A stretch of DNA of 64,000 bases from contig NC_087436.1 in NCBI RefSeq assembly GCF_036321535.1, positions 27,530,001 through 27,594,000 on the forward strand, in the 5' to 3' direction. The notes below the pieces were generated by a model, which was given only the letters and a program-made list of their open reading frames with translations, was not told the DNA's origin and made no database searches. Shown piece by piece: positions 50,221 through 63,555 of the stretch. The stretch comes from Camelus dromedarius (taxonomy: Eukaryota). Position numbers and translations under genes: made by a program. Numbering within the stretch: position 1 is the stretch's first letter; every line of letters starts with the position of its first letter.

Positions 50221-50903
50221 AAAAATAGTAATGGAAGTATCATGAATTATCAAAAGTTGTATAGCTGATAAGAAGCAAAAGTCACTCAATGATCTTTACC
50301 CTACTCGCAGCTATCTCCCAGAAATTCAGTCAAAATTTCTCTTACTCAAACTCCTATTTGCTGTACCAAACAGAGAGAGTTGAATAGTGTAGCTTGAGGA
50401 ATAAGAATAGAATTCCCAGTAGCGACTGTGGTAATGGGGTCGTAGTGATTGAGTTTTAATGCCAAGTTCACATTCAGTGATTACTTAACTTGGGGAAATC
50501 TATTCAATCTCCCATTTGTCTTTGTTCCTTCATATTTGAATCCAAATTATTGCAGTACGTAATGTGAGAATTTAATGAGATACTATCATAAGGTGTTTAG
50601 CTTAGTGCCTGAACACATAGTAATAAGCCCACAGTAAATAATAGGTATATTGTAATGATTATTGTTAGCAGTTCAAGATTAACATCAATCAAAATGCATT
50701 CATCATTTTAATGAGACTGAAGTCCTAGAGGATACCAAAGAAAATCTGTAGTTAGAACAATGGTAATTTTTCCATAATGACTTGTAAAGCACCTATTATG
50801 TGTCATGTAGCCCACTGAGTACTAGCAGTTGTTTATTAAGTCTATGAAACGAGATTCTGTGATATGTTTTGAGCCAACTTTTTCTCGTTGCGCCATTCCC
50901 TAC

Positions 50904-50981
50904 CTTCCAATGTATTCAGGAGTTCAAAATTGATTTGATGTAACTGAAGCAGAAAATCATTAGCAAAGGATGTAAGTAAAC
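50904..50981 (-). pseudogene. Pseudo-exon (78 nt, phase 1 to 1)
   Basis: Splice sites ttgtttaccag|GT...GAA G|gtaggg. Open frame LLTSFANDFLLQLHQINFELLNTLE; end phase matches the next exon at 45613. Confidence 0.5.
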
Positions 50982-51399
50982 CTGGTAAACAATTTTACAT
51001 TCAGACAGGTACAAATGGAAAACTTATCCACAAGTAATCACTCCCTTGGTTCTTAAGCCTAGTAAAGACCATAGCTAAGAGGAAAAATAATTAGAGACGC
51101 TAAAATCCTCCAAAGCATTACAAAATGGAATCTCAGTTAATTTGGAATTATTTCTGATTTTCAATTATCTATAAAACCCTCACTTTCTTTATGCATACAC
51201 ATATATATGTATAGATAGCATATTGAAGGGGAACCTTGATTAGCTGACTAGTTGATGTTTTATTTGAAATACAAGCTTATTCATATTACATATACTGACT
51301 ACAGAGTACTAACGCTGTGGAATTTAAATATATTTGTAATCATAATAGCAAAGATATCCTTCTTTTAAAATGTTTTGTTTTGCTTCTCTTCCCTTTTGT

Positions 51400-51893
51400 T
51401 TTTGTTCCTGGCTGTGATATAAGAAAGCCACATTTGTACACAGGGAAGTTGTGATTTGATCTGGGGCTTGATTTGGGGAGATGTGTGTGAGAGAGTTGGC
51501 TCACAAATTGAAAACAACAGCAAGCACAATGGTTACAAGAAAGGAAAGGATAGAATTTATTCAAATGGTGAGCCTTTAGATAGACATAACAGTGTATCTT
51601 AAGGTCATTAGTTCTAAATAAGACTTTAGAGGTTAGTGGTATCTGCATTTTTGTACCTTAACGTCTATCACTTAGTCACGTGCCATACGTTCTTATGAAT
51701 CAGTTTGTAATACAGCATCTTGTAAGGAGCCATTATAATTGATTTTAAAGGAAATCATTACTGGTGAGTCGTAATTGCCTGTGGCAAAATTTTGACTCGA
51801 GTAGATTTACACTAGGGAACTGTGATTTTTCATAACCACTGAATTATACTCACATGGAAATTCAAGTTAATATTTAATTATATAGTTTCTACA
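51400..51893 (-). mobile_element. Old ERV1-like LTR
   Basis: Reverse strand starts TGTAGAAAC; reverse AATAAA (tttatt ~51557) in the expected position. Subfamily not determined. Confidence 0.5.
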
Positions 51894-53021
51894 GTTGTTA
51901 AGAAAAGATATAATGATCATACCATAGCAATGATAAATGTGGAGAAAATGACCCCATCTCATAAATTGGTTCCTACATTTTCAAAAAAAATACCAAAACT
52001 GATAGAACAGATTTTGCTTACATAACCATACAATAAACAAGAATGTATTGTGGAATATACTTTAGGATGCCAGATTAATTACCAAGCAACACATTGTTGG
52101 AAAGCATCTTGGCCTCACACCCCAAGGCACTTGCAATCTTTTGAGGAGGATTACGTGTTACAGTCACTGTGAGCTGCTTTTCTTTAAATCACCACCACGT
52201 ACCGGCTGTTCAACTCAGGGCAAGTGACTCACTCTTTGTAAGTCCAAATTTTGTTCTTTGAAAATTGAATAAAATAATATTATCTGTGTTCATAGGGTTA
52301 TTACAAATATTTCATAATTAAAAGTATTATATGCCAATTTTGGAGTCAGGCACTACTTTCAATGCCATACCTGTATGATTTTACATAACCCGATAAGCAG
52401 TCACATGGTGTGTTAGGTGTCATGAGCATCACCATTTCAGAGATGTCAGGCTGGAGCCTGCAGAGCATAAGTAATACACCCAACACACAACGCGTGGGAA
52501 GCATTTAGCAGAGGATCTGGTGCCCCACCCTCTCAATAGCAGCCTGTCTTTTTCCTTTCTACATTTTTCATGTCTGCTCAATTCCCTGTGTGGCCGATCA
52601 TTGGTAACTGGCATCAAAATGGCTTCCATACTTGCAGATAACTTTAAAGTTCTCCCTCTTGGCAGAAAATCTTAAGCCTCCGTCTCAACATGTAAAATAA
52701 AGGAAGTCAGTTGTAAGGCACTAGATGATAAACTAGAGCCTTTATAGATCAGGCAGAAATGCAAGCAGCAACTGTTTACTGAGCTCCGAATATACGACCA
52801 TTGTTAAAATCACTGAATGTTCAATTGCTGAAGATAAGGTTGACATACACTTTAAGGCAGCTGTCTTCTTTAGAATATCTGTGTCATGTCTACCATTCTG
52901 GGTGTGAAGTGAATACCTGGCCAGGAGTAGAGAAAACTCAACGGTGTATATGCGCTTCATAACACTGACTATGCAGATGAAACCAAACATTTGCACATTC
53001 TTTTATAATTTTTTTTGTTAC

Positions 53022-53265
53022 TCTTAGATAGATAACTGGGGTCAGTGCCTCTTACAAGCTGTTGTTTCTGGATTTGACATCAGAGATCCTTGGTTTTAAA
53101 TCTCTGTATGTCCTGCTTCAAAACACATCACATCCACTCGCAACTCCAGGCTTTTTAACTCAAGAAATTTGTAGAGACCCGTAAAGAATCATCTCCCAGC
53201 AGACAGCAGCAGTATCAAGAAGATGTCTTTACCCAACATCAAGATCCAAGCCATTTCAACCCAGA
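53022..53265 (-). pseudogene. Pseudo-exon (244 nt, phase 0 to 1) with an RGS-like helix 4-5 motif
   Basis: Splice sites ttctaacttaag|TCT...AAG A|gtaac. Translation ends LLGDDSLRVSTNFLS*KAWSCEWM*CVLKQDIQRFKTKDL*CQIQKQQLVRGTDPSYLSK, resembling the W.DIE.+K...Q+..R.I...YL pattern of RGS22-type domains. Confidence 0.55.
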
Positions 53266-56200
53266 CTTAAGTTAGAAACCACAAATTCAAATGACTTCAT
53301 AACCTAGGAAAGTTACAAAAACCATATATCAACCTGTCTGTGACACAACAGAGACCAGTTATTTATATTTAAGAAGTTCTGTATGTAGTATTGTGTGCTA
53401 TAGAAATATTAGCTCAAGTCCATATAACTCTAGGAGGAAGGAACTATTTTTATTCTAAACAACAGAAAAGGAAAGTGAAGCCTAGAGACAGTGTACAACT
53501 TGCATCAGACTACACAGCTAGTAAGTAGTAGTCAGGTTGCGAACTCAGGAAGTTGGGTTCCATCTTCATTAGCCTTAACTGCAATCCTGTCTATGTTGCA
53601 GGGACGATGACAAGCTAGTGAATACACATGTGCTTAAACTCACTCCCTTCTCCTCTCTCCTTTTGTTCTTCCTCTGTTTTTTTTCTTTCTTAACTGTACT
53701 TGGGAAAAAATGTGTATAATTTTTCTGAGATGCCTCATTTCAACCTCTGAGTTAATTAATGGTCTGGTGGGGAAAATAAAACACAAAATCCGAAACTGTC
53801 TTCTTTTATTTTGAAGGAAAATAACTGGCTGTTTTGAGTTACGTCTGGCTGGTATGTGCATTTGTGGAAGGGATACATTACAAATAAGGACATTTCTCAG
53901 GTTCTATGCAAGTTGGATTTTCTGAAAACATAAAATATTTTGTCTTCAAAGCCTCCAGGACAAGGCAGAATGCTCTTATTTGAATCAAGCATTTCAATGG
54001 AATATCTTTTTTCTGTAACAAATGTGGAACACAGCAGCAAAACCAATTAATACTCAGTCATATTTCTTTTAATTCATTGGGAAAGTATTGAGGAAGGAGG
54101 AAGAAATACAGCAAGAAAGGTTTTCAATCTCAACCAAATTTGTGTGGCCTCCATACACCTCACAAGCTCTGTTCCTAGCCAAGCAAATGATCTAATATTA
54201 ATATCTGTCATACAGAAAGGCAATCTTGTCTTTTAACGATGCCCTTTCTAGCTCAAGAGTTCAATTCTTCCTTCACACATTAAGACAGTGTCAAAAATTA
54301 TAATGACTAATGCAAGGTTGAATTTTAGCACTCCTTGTTAAATCCAAGTTTCCGAAGCATGTAACTTCATTTTCATTTTATAGCAATTCCCTTTTAGTCA
54401 CAGAGAGGGGGAAAAAAAGTAGCCAGGTTTTACCGGTTTAAAAAATTAAACTTATCTGATATTCTCTTTGGAAATATATATTCAATTATATAAAGCGTTA
54501 TTCTTAATATATTACATCGGTTTCTTATAAAATAAAGTCAGACATGTCATTTGGTCTGAATGATGTATTACAAAATTAACTTTTCTTTGCTATTTGCCAA
54601 ATAAAAATCAATTTCATGAGATTGGCTGCTGGAGACAGAAAAATAAAGACATTATCTCATCCAGAACAAGTGTTCTCTTTTCTTCCTTTAGAGAACATGG
54701 GTAAGGCATGGAGTCTGACTAAGACAAAACTCAGATTTGATTTTTAGATTTCCTAAGCTAAATTATTTATTTGCCCCATCTCTACCTACCATATTGTGGG
54801 GTGCCTTCATGCTCCCTTTTCTACCTCTGTTACTAAAATTAATATTCAGGGATGTTTTCACAGAATTAGGTTTAAAGACGAAAGGAGACTTATAAATTAC
54901 CTCTCCTCACCTAACTCCACCCTTACAATTTTATAGTAGTTGGAACTGAAATAACATTCAAAACTAGAGGGACAAACATTTCAGATCCTAACTCATCATG
55001 ATGCTGTCTTCTCTGTCTAGCACACATCATGTATAGACAGCTTAGCTTGATTTATAGTACTTAAAATTTTGTTAGACTTTGTTACAAAATAAATGATTCT
55101 TCTACAGAACATCATGAGGGAACAGAAATGGGACTTTCTTGGAGAGTGGTACACAGAGCTTTATGGGCTCCTAAATTACAATACAGGCATTTCATCTCCT
55201 ACAACCATCAATAAATAGCACCATAGATGGATATCACTGCTTTGAGTCCATTGGTCGCAACAAATCATACCTTCAAAAAATGGTATATATTCAAACTACC
55301 TAGAAAAGAGCAGGTTCTGCAAGATTGGAGGTATCCAGACTACAGCTTACCTATATATATAAAAGGAAATTTTTAGCCATGCTTCAATAACTTATTTCGG
55401 AGAGTTTTTTTGTTAACTGAATATTAGACCAGGCTATGGCTTCCCATACTGTACCTTTAAAAGTGTGGAAAACCTAAGATAAACTGAAAAGGCCATATAC
55501 CTCAAGACAGAAAAAATACATTTCTTGTAGAAATAAAAAAAATCGATTATGATTAATATTTAAGATATGTATCTATGACTACTACAATTAGAAAGCAACC
55601 ATTGCTAAAAACAACTATGGGGATCAATAGAAAGTGGGCATTAACAAAAATGTGAAACTATCATTTTAAATTTTAAAATTCCAACAGGATTTGTTTTAGA
55701 ATGTGCATGAAATGATTTCAGTGTGAAAAGCACTAAAATGCTAATTCAAAAACTACATGTGTTGAGCTAATAAACACTGAGCTTTGAAAGCTTTCAGTTT
55801 CCTCATCTTTGTTGGGCATCATTGTGATCCTTCACTTGCAAGTATCTCTGCCAAACCTGTGCGAGCAGCAGTCAGGAAGGACAGATTCAGGAGGAAGGAC
55901 TGATGGGAGAGGCATTTGCAAAATAATGAGAATTACAGGAAGTACACCTATTTGCTAAAGAAATCTGAACATCAGTAGTGTCCATAGTAAGAGGTTTTTT
56001 TTTTTTTTTTTTTAATATTTCTTGTAATTGTCCAATTTCACCAACTTCAAGTCTTCCTTGAGCTTCCCAAGGAGACGACATCAGTTATCTCGGCATATGG
56101 GGTTCCCGATGGGGAGAATATGTGATAAAACTATAAAATAATGAGTGAGACATTTCCATAAGAAATACGGAAAAAGAGACCTGTCATTTATAATTAGGCA

Positions 56201-59200
56201 TGGGGACGTTAAAAACGTACTTTCCTGCTGTTCGTAACACCAGGTTTTGTTGTGTGTTACGGCTGCAGAAGACCTATTAGGAGATTCTCACAATGAGACC
56301 TAGGGAGGCCTCTCTCCCCCACAGAGTCACTGCGTGACAGCTTGTGGGGTTAAATATAACTCCACTGCCTTCTCGCTGCAGGGAATTCTCACAGGCAGAG
56401 ACACATCCCTAGATTCTCCCTTCTTTAGGAGTACAAGGAACCCTCTACAGAGAAAGAATAGAAGGTCTGTTTCTGCATACTGAGTAAAGATATCTTTGGA
56501 TCTGTTGCTAACAGGTGAAGAGGGAACATTTTGAAACATCTTGCTGAATAGGCTTGGATTTTTCAAGAGCCATCATTTGGAGAGGTGGCTCAGTTATTAG
56601 AAAAGTAAAATACTAAAAGTGTCTCACAGTACAGTAAATCATGCTGATTTCAGCCACACAGTGGGGCACATATGATTTTGTTCCATTCATGGCATCTATA
56701 CAGACATGATATCTGAAGGATATTATTGGTGAATATATATCTTTTAAAACTACAGTCTTCCTAGGAAATCATATCTTACGTTGGCTAAACTCCACTAAAT
56801 TCAGATTTATTTTTATTAGTGACTAATGAACACACAAACACTTTTTCTGTGTCCTGTTACTAACTGAGTATGTTAGGAAATCACTGAATGCTAAAGACTG
56901 ATTGCACAGTCCGGCGTTTCTGACATAAAGGGAGTGAAAAGAAAACACAGGTCAAATACATGAGAATCAAGATTCATCTTCTGTAACCAGAGAATAAAAG
57001 TGAATCATACAGAATAACTGACCCCACCTGAAAAAGTAAGCAATTTATCTTCAAGGATGAAGAGGGATCATCATAGCTGTCATTGTGAACACTGTAAAAA
57101 TGATTAACTAGATATTCTAGATGCAAATGTGTATGGTTGTTAAACATTATGTTACATATATCTAAATAGTTACCAAATTATACTCTGAAATAATTCATTC
57201 CATTAAGATTATCCTACTATTTAGTCCCTTTTTCATCTCAAATATGTATTTTTTTATTTTAGCAAAATCGTTTAATGGGTGCAGGGTTACTTGTGCATAC
57301 AATGAAACACTTTAGCTGGTCTAGCATACATTTCACAGAATGGTCAAAAAAGTAAAGTTTTTCAATTCTGTTTTTAATCTTTACATGATCACAAAGGCAT
57401 TATCCTAGAATAGTTCCCTCTTTTAGGCATTTCTGTGCATTTAGTGGAGCTTTAAGCATTCAGGTATTAAAGGAATTCACTTGTCAAGTACAGCAAAGGG
57501 GCCCAGAAATTCATGACCCAAACCCACACACATACCCCTGACTGAGAGTCTATGGGTAACAACTAATAATGATACAAAACACAATTTTTACTTCCTTTAT
57601 TATCATCTATCATCGTTAAATACAAAACGCTGGCTTCTATGAAGCCTGCTACTGAAGACCCTATCCTCGCTCTCTGACTCATAATAATAGCAGATGCTGC
57701 TGTGATGTTCTGTAGCATCTTCATGTGGTGGTCCATGCTGCACAGCATTGTGCCTGACTGTATTAGGGACTAAATCAAGAGCCAAGTGAGAAACATTAAT
57801 CTGTTATCAACAAATGTGTGAGATAACCTAAAAGTTTTACAACTTGCTCTGTTGTTATATAGCAATGTCTATCTTCAGGACACCCACTCACTTAGAAAAA
57901 ACATGACAGGGGAAGGCTAATTTTACTATTTAAAATCTGCATAAGGTTATAAATTATTACTCTGTGGATTTACTATATAATAATGTAAGGAATTCAGGGG
58001 GGGAAGAAGGTGATGCTTAGTTTGTAAATTTAGAGATAGTCAAATTTCCTTAATGCTATATTGCCTGGAATATTAAAACTAGGGTTTGGTTGTCCTTTTA
58101 ACCTTACTAAAAATGTGTTAAAAATATTTTACTTGCTTAGAGTTTTTCTAAGGAAATTGGAAAAGATGATTATTTCCATTTTATGAAATCAAACACCAAT
58201 TTCCAGAGAGCTTATATATTTAAGTCCAGAAGATGTGCACAGCCTTTTTGATTCTCTGTACACACTTCCAAATTTTACAAGAAATCCTAAACTAATTTTA
58301 CAGACCTATCTTCCGGGAAACACTGTTTATTTTATGTTCTATAATATTACTCTAAGCTAAAAAGTAATGTCATATAATCTCTGAATAAACTATAAGTTTA
58401 TCCTTTATTCAGAGAACAAAGATTACAAACTTGTGTATCACATTTCAGTTCATCTTACTCATAAAAGCATTCCATGTTATTATTAAAAAGCAAGTGCTGA
58501 AATACATACTCCAAGTTTAAATATTCTTTCCATACCTAGAAATGTATGCATATGCACATACAATTCCTTTTAATAGCCAAACATTTAATGTATAAGTACA
58601 ATTTTATATTCATGGTTGTCCAATGATAATACTGGAATAGACTGAATTTGTGATTCAGTGTATGCTTTTTTTCCCCTTCAAGTTGTTTTTTTTTTTTTTT
58701 TGAGGTGAAATACAATTATGACAGATCAAGAATCACACCAATGATTCAGACTAATTCCCTGTGTATTGATACATGCTGCTTTTGGTATCCATCTCCCTAA
58801 CACATTTTCATTTTTTAAATCATGTTGATAATAACAGTTGCTAGAAATGAAACTCATATGAACAACTGATGAATTGTCATTTTATGTCAATACTTTATAT
58901 GTCTGAGCTTATTTAATCTCCAAAACAAGCATGCAAGGTAGGTATTATTTATATCTCCCTAAACAAATGAAGAAATAGAGACAAAAACTGTTAGATAAAA
59001 TCTCCATTACAAAGCTAGTAGGTGGAAGGTGAGCAAACCCTGGTTTGTGGGTGAGAAGCATGTATCTTAAACAGTATGATATTCTGCATCCACATTTTCA
59101 ATTCAATAAGTAATACAATCCCCTAGAATAAAGCAGGTTGATATTTACATGTCACAAGCAACGGACCACGTATGTCTCCTCCATTCTCAGGAGAGAAAGG

Positions 59201-60837
59201 CATACTGTTTAAGAATGCTGGCGTGCTCATTGATATGGGGAGGGCTAAGGGCTCCAAAGTCCATTAAATTTGTTTAATGGTACAGCATTTACATAGTTTA
59301 AAATTCTTTGACTCAACTGATTCCCACGATACTTTTGGAAAGAAGGCAAAATATTCAGTAGCTATGTTATACAGTTGATCATATGAGGAGCAAAAAAGTT
59401 AGGTGCCATTCCCAAGGTATAATAACAGCAAAATTCAGAGCAGATCATCTTTTCAAACCCATTTCCCTCTATAGAAAACATAGAAAAAAATTATTTTTGT
59501 TAAATAAAGTTAAGTAAGTAATATTAATAATAGTGTGAAAAGAAATGTAAACAGTGAAAATTTTCCTTCTTGAACTTTTTATAATAGAGCCACTAATTTT
59601 AAGTAAAAATAAAAAACAAATGTGATAATACAAAAGGAAAAAGTAATCAAATGACACCTTCAATCACATTAGTTTAAGAAAAAAAATATACCTTACTTTG
59701 AATCTTTACCATTTTAAATATTAAACATTAATAAAAATCCCAATAGTCATGTAGAATAAGAGAAGTGAAGTATATTATATTCTGTTACTTTATGCACACA
59801 ATCCCTGTGTTTATTCCAAGACTACTAAAGTGCCATAGAGGCTGGAGACAAGATGTATACTCAAAGTAAAACTGAATGTTCTAAATCATTGCAAAGTTAC
59901 TTTTGAAATAAATATCTGTAGTTTTTTTGGTGTGGTGGGGATGACTACATAAATGGGAATTCTACCAATTAACTTCCTTCTAGAATGCAATGTTTATCTA
60001 AGAGTAAGAAATATTACTAACTTGAGGTTACATGTATATTATTAAAATTCAACAGTAACCACAACAGTTACTTACAACGTGGATTGTTAGAAAAACTTCC
60101 TATGGAGGAGAATCCCATTATCAAAGTTACTTACAGTTGTTTATATAAAGTGATTATAAAAACCAGATAGATATTTAGTTGGCTTTATTATTGTTTTTTA
60201 ATTATGTGCAGATTCTGCACCCTCTTACTGTCTGCACCGGGGAAGACGGCTACCATCACCCTATTCTCGGTAAGCAAGTGCTTGCACCTAAATGTCCTTA
60301 TTTGAAAGTATTTAATGAATATCTATATACCAGGCAATGATATGAAATCTGGAAACATGGTAGACATAGGTCCTGAGAGGAACTTCCTGAAGAATTGCTT
60401 TTTAAATTTAGATCTGAATGAATTGTAATTCTGGAAAGACAGGGAAAAAAGTTAAAAATTGAGTAAATTACATGTGGAAAAGCTCAGAGCTTGGGATATC
60501 CAGAATTTTTTTTTAAAGGCCATGATAAAGTATTTATATGTCATTTTAAAGTGCAAATGGAAGCAATTAAAGAATTTTTTTTTAATTTTAAAAAGAGTAC
60601 ATCTCTGACATTACCTAAATTTCTAGCTTATTGGAAGAAGGAAATTGTGTCAAACAAGGGAGACAGCAGACCTAGGGAGCCAGGCCTTAGATTTTTCAAA
60701 TATATTTCTAAATTCTGTACATGGACTGGAAATGGGAGGAGAATTAAATGTGATAATAAAAGAGAATTATAAATATTTAGCAAATGTCTTTAAAAATCTA
60801 AGTGACATCAAATGGGTTTTGAGATTAATAAAGGCAG

Positions 60838-61295
60838 CCATGACATATATACACAATGGAATATTACTCAGCCATAAAAAAGAATGAAATATTGCCATTT
60901 GTGGCAACATGGACGGACCCAGAAAATATACTAAGTGAAGTAAGTCAAAGACAAGTATTATATGATATTGCTTATATGTGGAATCTAAAAAAAATGATAC
61001 AAATGAATCTACATACAAAACAGAAATAGATTCAGAGACATAGAAAACAAACTTACGGTTACCAAAGGGGAAAGGGAAGGGAGGAGGGATAAACTGGGAG
61101 CATGGGATTAACAGACATAAACTGCTATATATAAAATAGATAAGCAACAAGGATTTACTGAATAGCACAGGAACTATATTCATTATCTTATAAAACTTAT
61201 AATGGAAAATAATCTGAAAAATATATATATAACTGAATCACTTTGTTGTACACCTTTAACAGAATATTGTAAATCAACTATACTTCAGTAAAAAA
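60838..61295 (+). mobile_element. L1 3' end
   Basis: cacaatggaatattactcagccataaaaaagaatgaaat...aatcaactatacttca followed by an A-tail; inserted in or next to an L2 (60270-60830). Confidence 0.9.
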
Positions 61296-61753
61296 CTAAA
61301 TATTTTTAACTTTTCATTTTATCAAAAACCTTTATATATTCAATTTTCTAATACTATATTTGATGTTTATTTGAGAGAGCTTCTAACCACTTTTTTAAAT
61401 TATTAATACAATAAATTCCTTATATCTTAGAAAACATTCCTACTTATTTAAAGTGGATTTTTTAAAAAGAAGTACTCACAATAACAAATGAGAGTTGCAA
61501 CTAAGACACAGATATTATATGAACTTCCTTTTCTGATTGAAAGACATACTATTTTAAAAGTGTAATAAAATGAGACTAGATATGTGGAAATAATATCTTG
61601 TATATTTTTAACACTAGTTAAAAATGAATAATTTGGCTATATAAATTAAGATTAAATACAAAATAACTTAGTGTATCTATACATTCACAATGAGCTGATA
61701 TTAAGAAGTTCAATATGAGATGTAATGTCTTTATGTGTATTTTGAGACCAGTA

Positions 61754-61964
61754 CAGTTGGCCTTTGAAAAGTGTGGGGCTTAAGGGCTCTGATTCCCATG
61801 CAGTCAAAAATCCCCCTATAACTTTACAGTCAGCCCTCAGGTATCAGCAGTTTAACATCTACAGATTCAACCAACCTAGGGTTCAACCAACTGTGGATCG
61901 TGCAGTACTGTCATATGGATCCATTCAAAAGTGGACCCATGCAGTTCAAATCCGTGTTGTTCAA
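61754..61964 (-). mobile_element. Tigger2a-like non-autonomous DNA transposon
   Basis: TA|cagttggcctttgaa terminus; other end aagtggaccc..gcagttcaaa.ccgtgttgttcaa. Confidence 0.75.
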
Positions 61965-62000
61965 TATGACATCTTTTTTTTTAATCTGTTCCAACTATCT

Positions 62001-62268
62001 TTTTTTTTTATTGAAGTATAGTTAATTTACAGTGTTGTGTTAGTTTCTGGTATACATCATAGTGATTCAATTATACATATATATTCTTTTTTCATATTAT
62101 TCACTATTATAAGTTATTACAATGTATTGAATATAGATCCCTGTGCTATACAGTAGGACCTTGTTGATTATCTATTCTGCATATAGTATTTTGTATCAGC
62201 TAATCCCAAACTCCCATTTTATTCCCTCCCTGCCCCTTCCCTTTGGTAATCATAAGTTTGTTTTCTGT
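62001..62268 (-). mobile_element. L1 3' end
   Basis: polyT followed by attgaagtatagttaatttaca...ccctgtgctatacagtagg. Confidence 0.9.
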
Positions 62269-63069
62269 GATATCCTTTTAATACAGTGATATAAATGAAC
62301 ACCCAAACTTAGTCTAGTCAAATTGTTGTTTAATATTCTTAATTATATTTGTTTATAATGTGTTTCAATAAAGTATAAACAAAAGTAAGGGAAGATAGAT
62401 ATTTTTAGAGAAAATAAAAAGACTGGAGAAAGATCTTTGGGTTATGAAACCAACTTTCTAAGCACAGGAGTCCATCAATGTTACCCTCCTCCAGATCACT
62501 AGACATGTTACTCAGAGCCGTATCAGCTTACCCTATTTGACAGGAAGTTTGGATTTGAGAAATCTGGGTAAAAATCTAAGGTTAAAAAAAAAAAACAAAA
62601 ACTAGTAAAAGTCTAAGAGGACTAATCATAAATGCCATGTAGACTCAAAAACCCCCAAATTTATAACACTTGAGGAACTGAAATGATGTCACAGTCGGAC
62701 TTCAGTCACGTTCATAATCCATACTTCTTACTGCGTATCGACACAAGGAAAAAGATTTAGACTCCCTCATAAGTATATAAACTACCGTAGTGTCTGGTCC
62801 GAGCCGTTTTGATGATGAAGCCACTGCCTATCAAATATTCTCTCTCTCTAATCAAGTGTACCCCAACACTGGCCTTTTCCTCTTCTCAACTATAAGAATA
62901 AAACTTGGGGGGAAATACCCACACTCTTCTGAAAATAAAAATTTTGAAACACACCTATTAATTAGGATTCCTTTCCAAATAAAGAATTTTACAACACCCC
63001 TGAAAACCTGAAAGTGATAACCATTGACTTAAAGCCAGGTGAAAATGGCATCACATGGAAGATTGTATT

Positions 63070-63545
63070 CCCTCATTCATTCATATATTTACAAACATTT
63101 ATTGAATTTTTCCACATGTTAATAAGAATGTAGAAGACGTAAGGATATTATAGGAAGCAGGGTGTGTTTCCTGATCACATACATCTCAGAGCTGACTCAT
63201 AGAAACAGTAGATTGAATTCACTAAGATAGGTCAAGAAAGAAAATGTTAAGGGTTACTTTGGGGAGGAAATAAAATTTCATAAGTGATAATATCTAGGAC
63301 GAAATTTTAAGAAGAAGTAGGAGTAAATCATAGAAAGCATGGGAAGAATAAATCAGGCAGAGGGAGAAGAATGGGCAAAGGACAGCAACCAGAAAGATGA
63401 CAGCACTTAACAGAAGTGATGGAGGTGAGTGTGGAGGAAGTCCAGAGTGTGTAGGGAGAATTACATCATGGAGTTCAGGAGAACAGCAGAGACTGGATCC
63501 AGACAGACCTTCTAGCCCAGGTTAAGTGTGGGAGCCCATGATTGG
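63070..63545 (-). mobile_element. LINE-2 3' portion
   Basis: Reverse 3' end cattcattca...aaacatttattga. Confidence 0.65.
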
Positions 63546-63555
63546 GTTAACAAAT

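Larger units (their letters stand above)
7260..53265 (-). pseudogene. Decayed multi-exon (unprocessed, probably unitary) pseudogene encoding several RGS-like domains, with an RGS22/RGSL1-like architecture
   Basis: About 20 minus-strand segments lie between polypyrimidine-AG acceptors and GT donors, a few of them degenerate. Phases match across 50981-50904>45613-45348>44246, 41831-41756>40595, 40230>37312-37187>34468-34357>30623-30462>29936-29789>29216, 19853-19706>18971-18798 and 9189-8972>8759-8479>8357. Translation has many stops but RGS-like motifs, e.g. LNLFVIFMTGCMHEEIIY*CHICSEAYKKT. Confidence 0.7.

Noticed and set aside
7260..53265. Naming the fossil gene RGS22 or RGSL1
   Set aside because: Only motif-level resemblance is visible and no stretch matches those proteins as I recall them, so no symbol is assigned without a search.
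54692..54700. + strand 9-nt microexon-like pattern (ttcttcctttag|AGAACATGG|gtaagg)
   Set aside because: Isolated; no partner + strand exons found, so it cannot be distinguished from chance.
60068..60140. Repeated GTTACTTACA giving two minus-strand gtaagt donors
   Set aside because: The sites are ~60 nt apart and would imply a ~35-nt intron; no consistent exon model.
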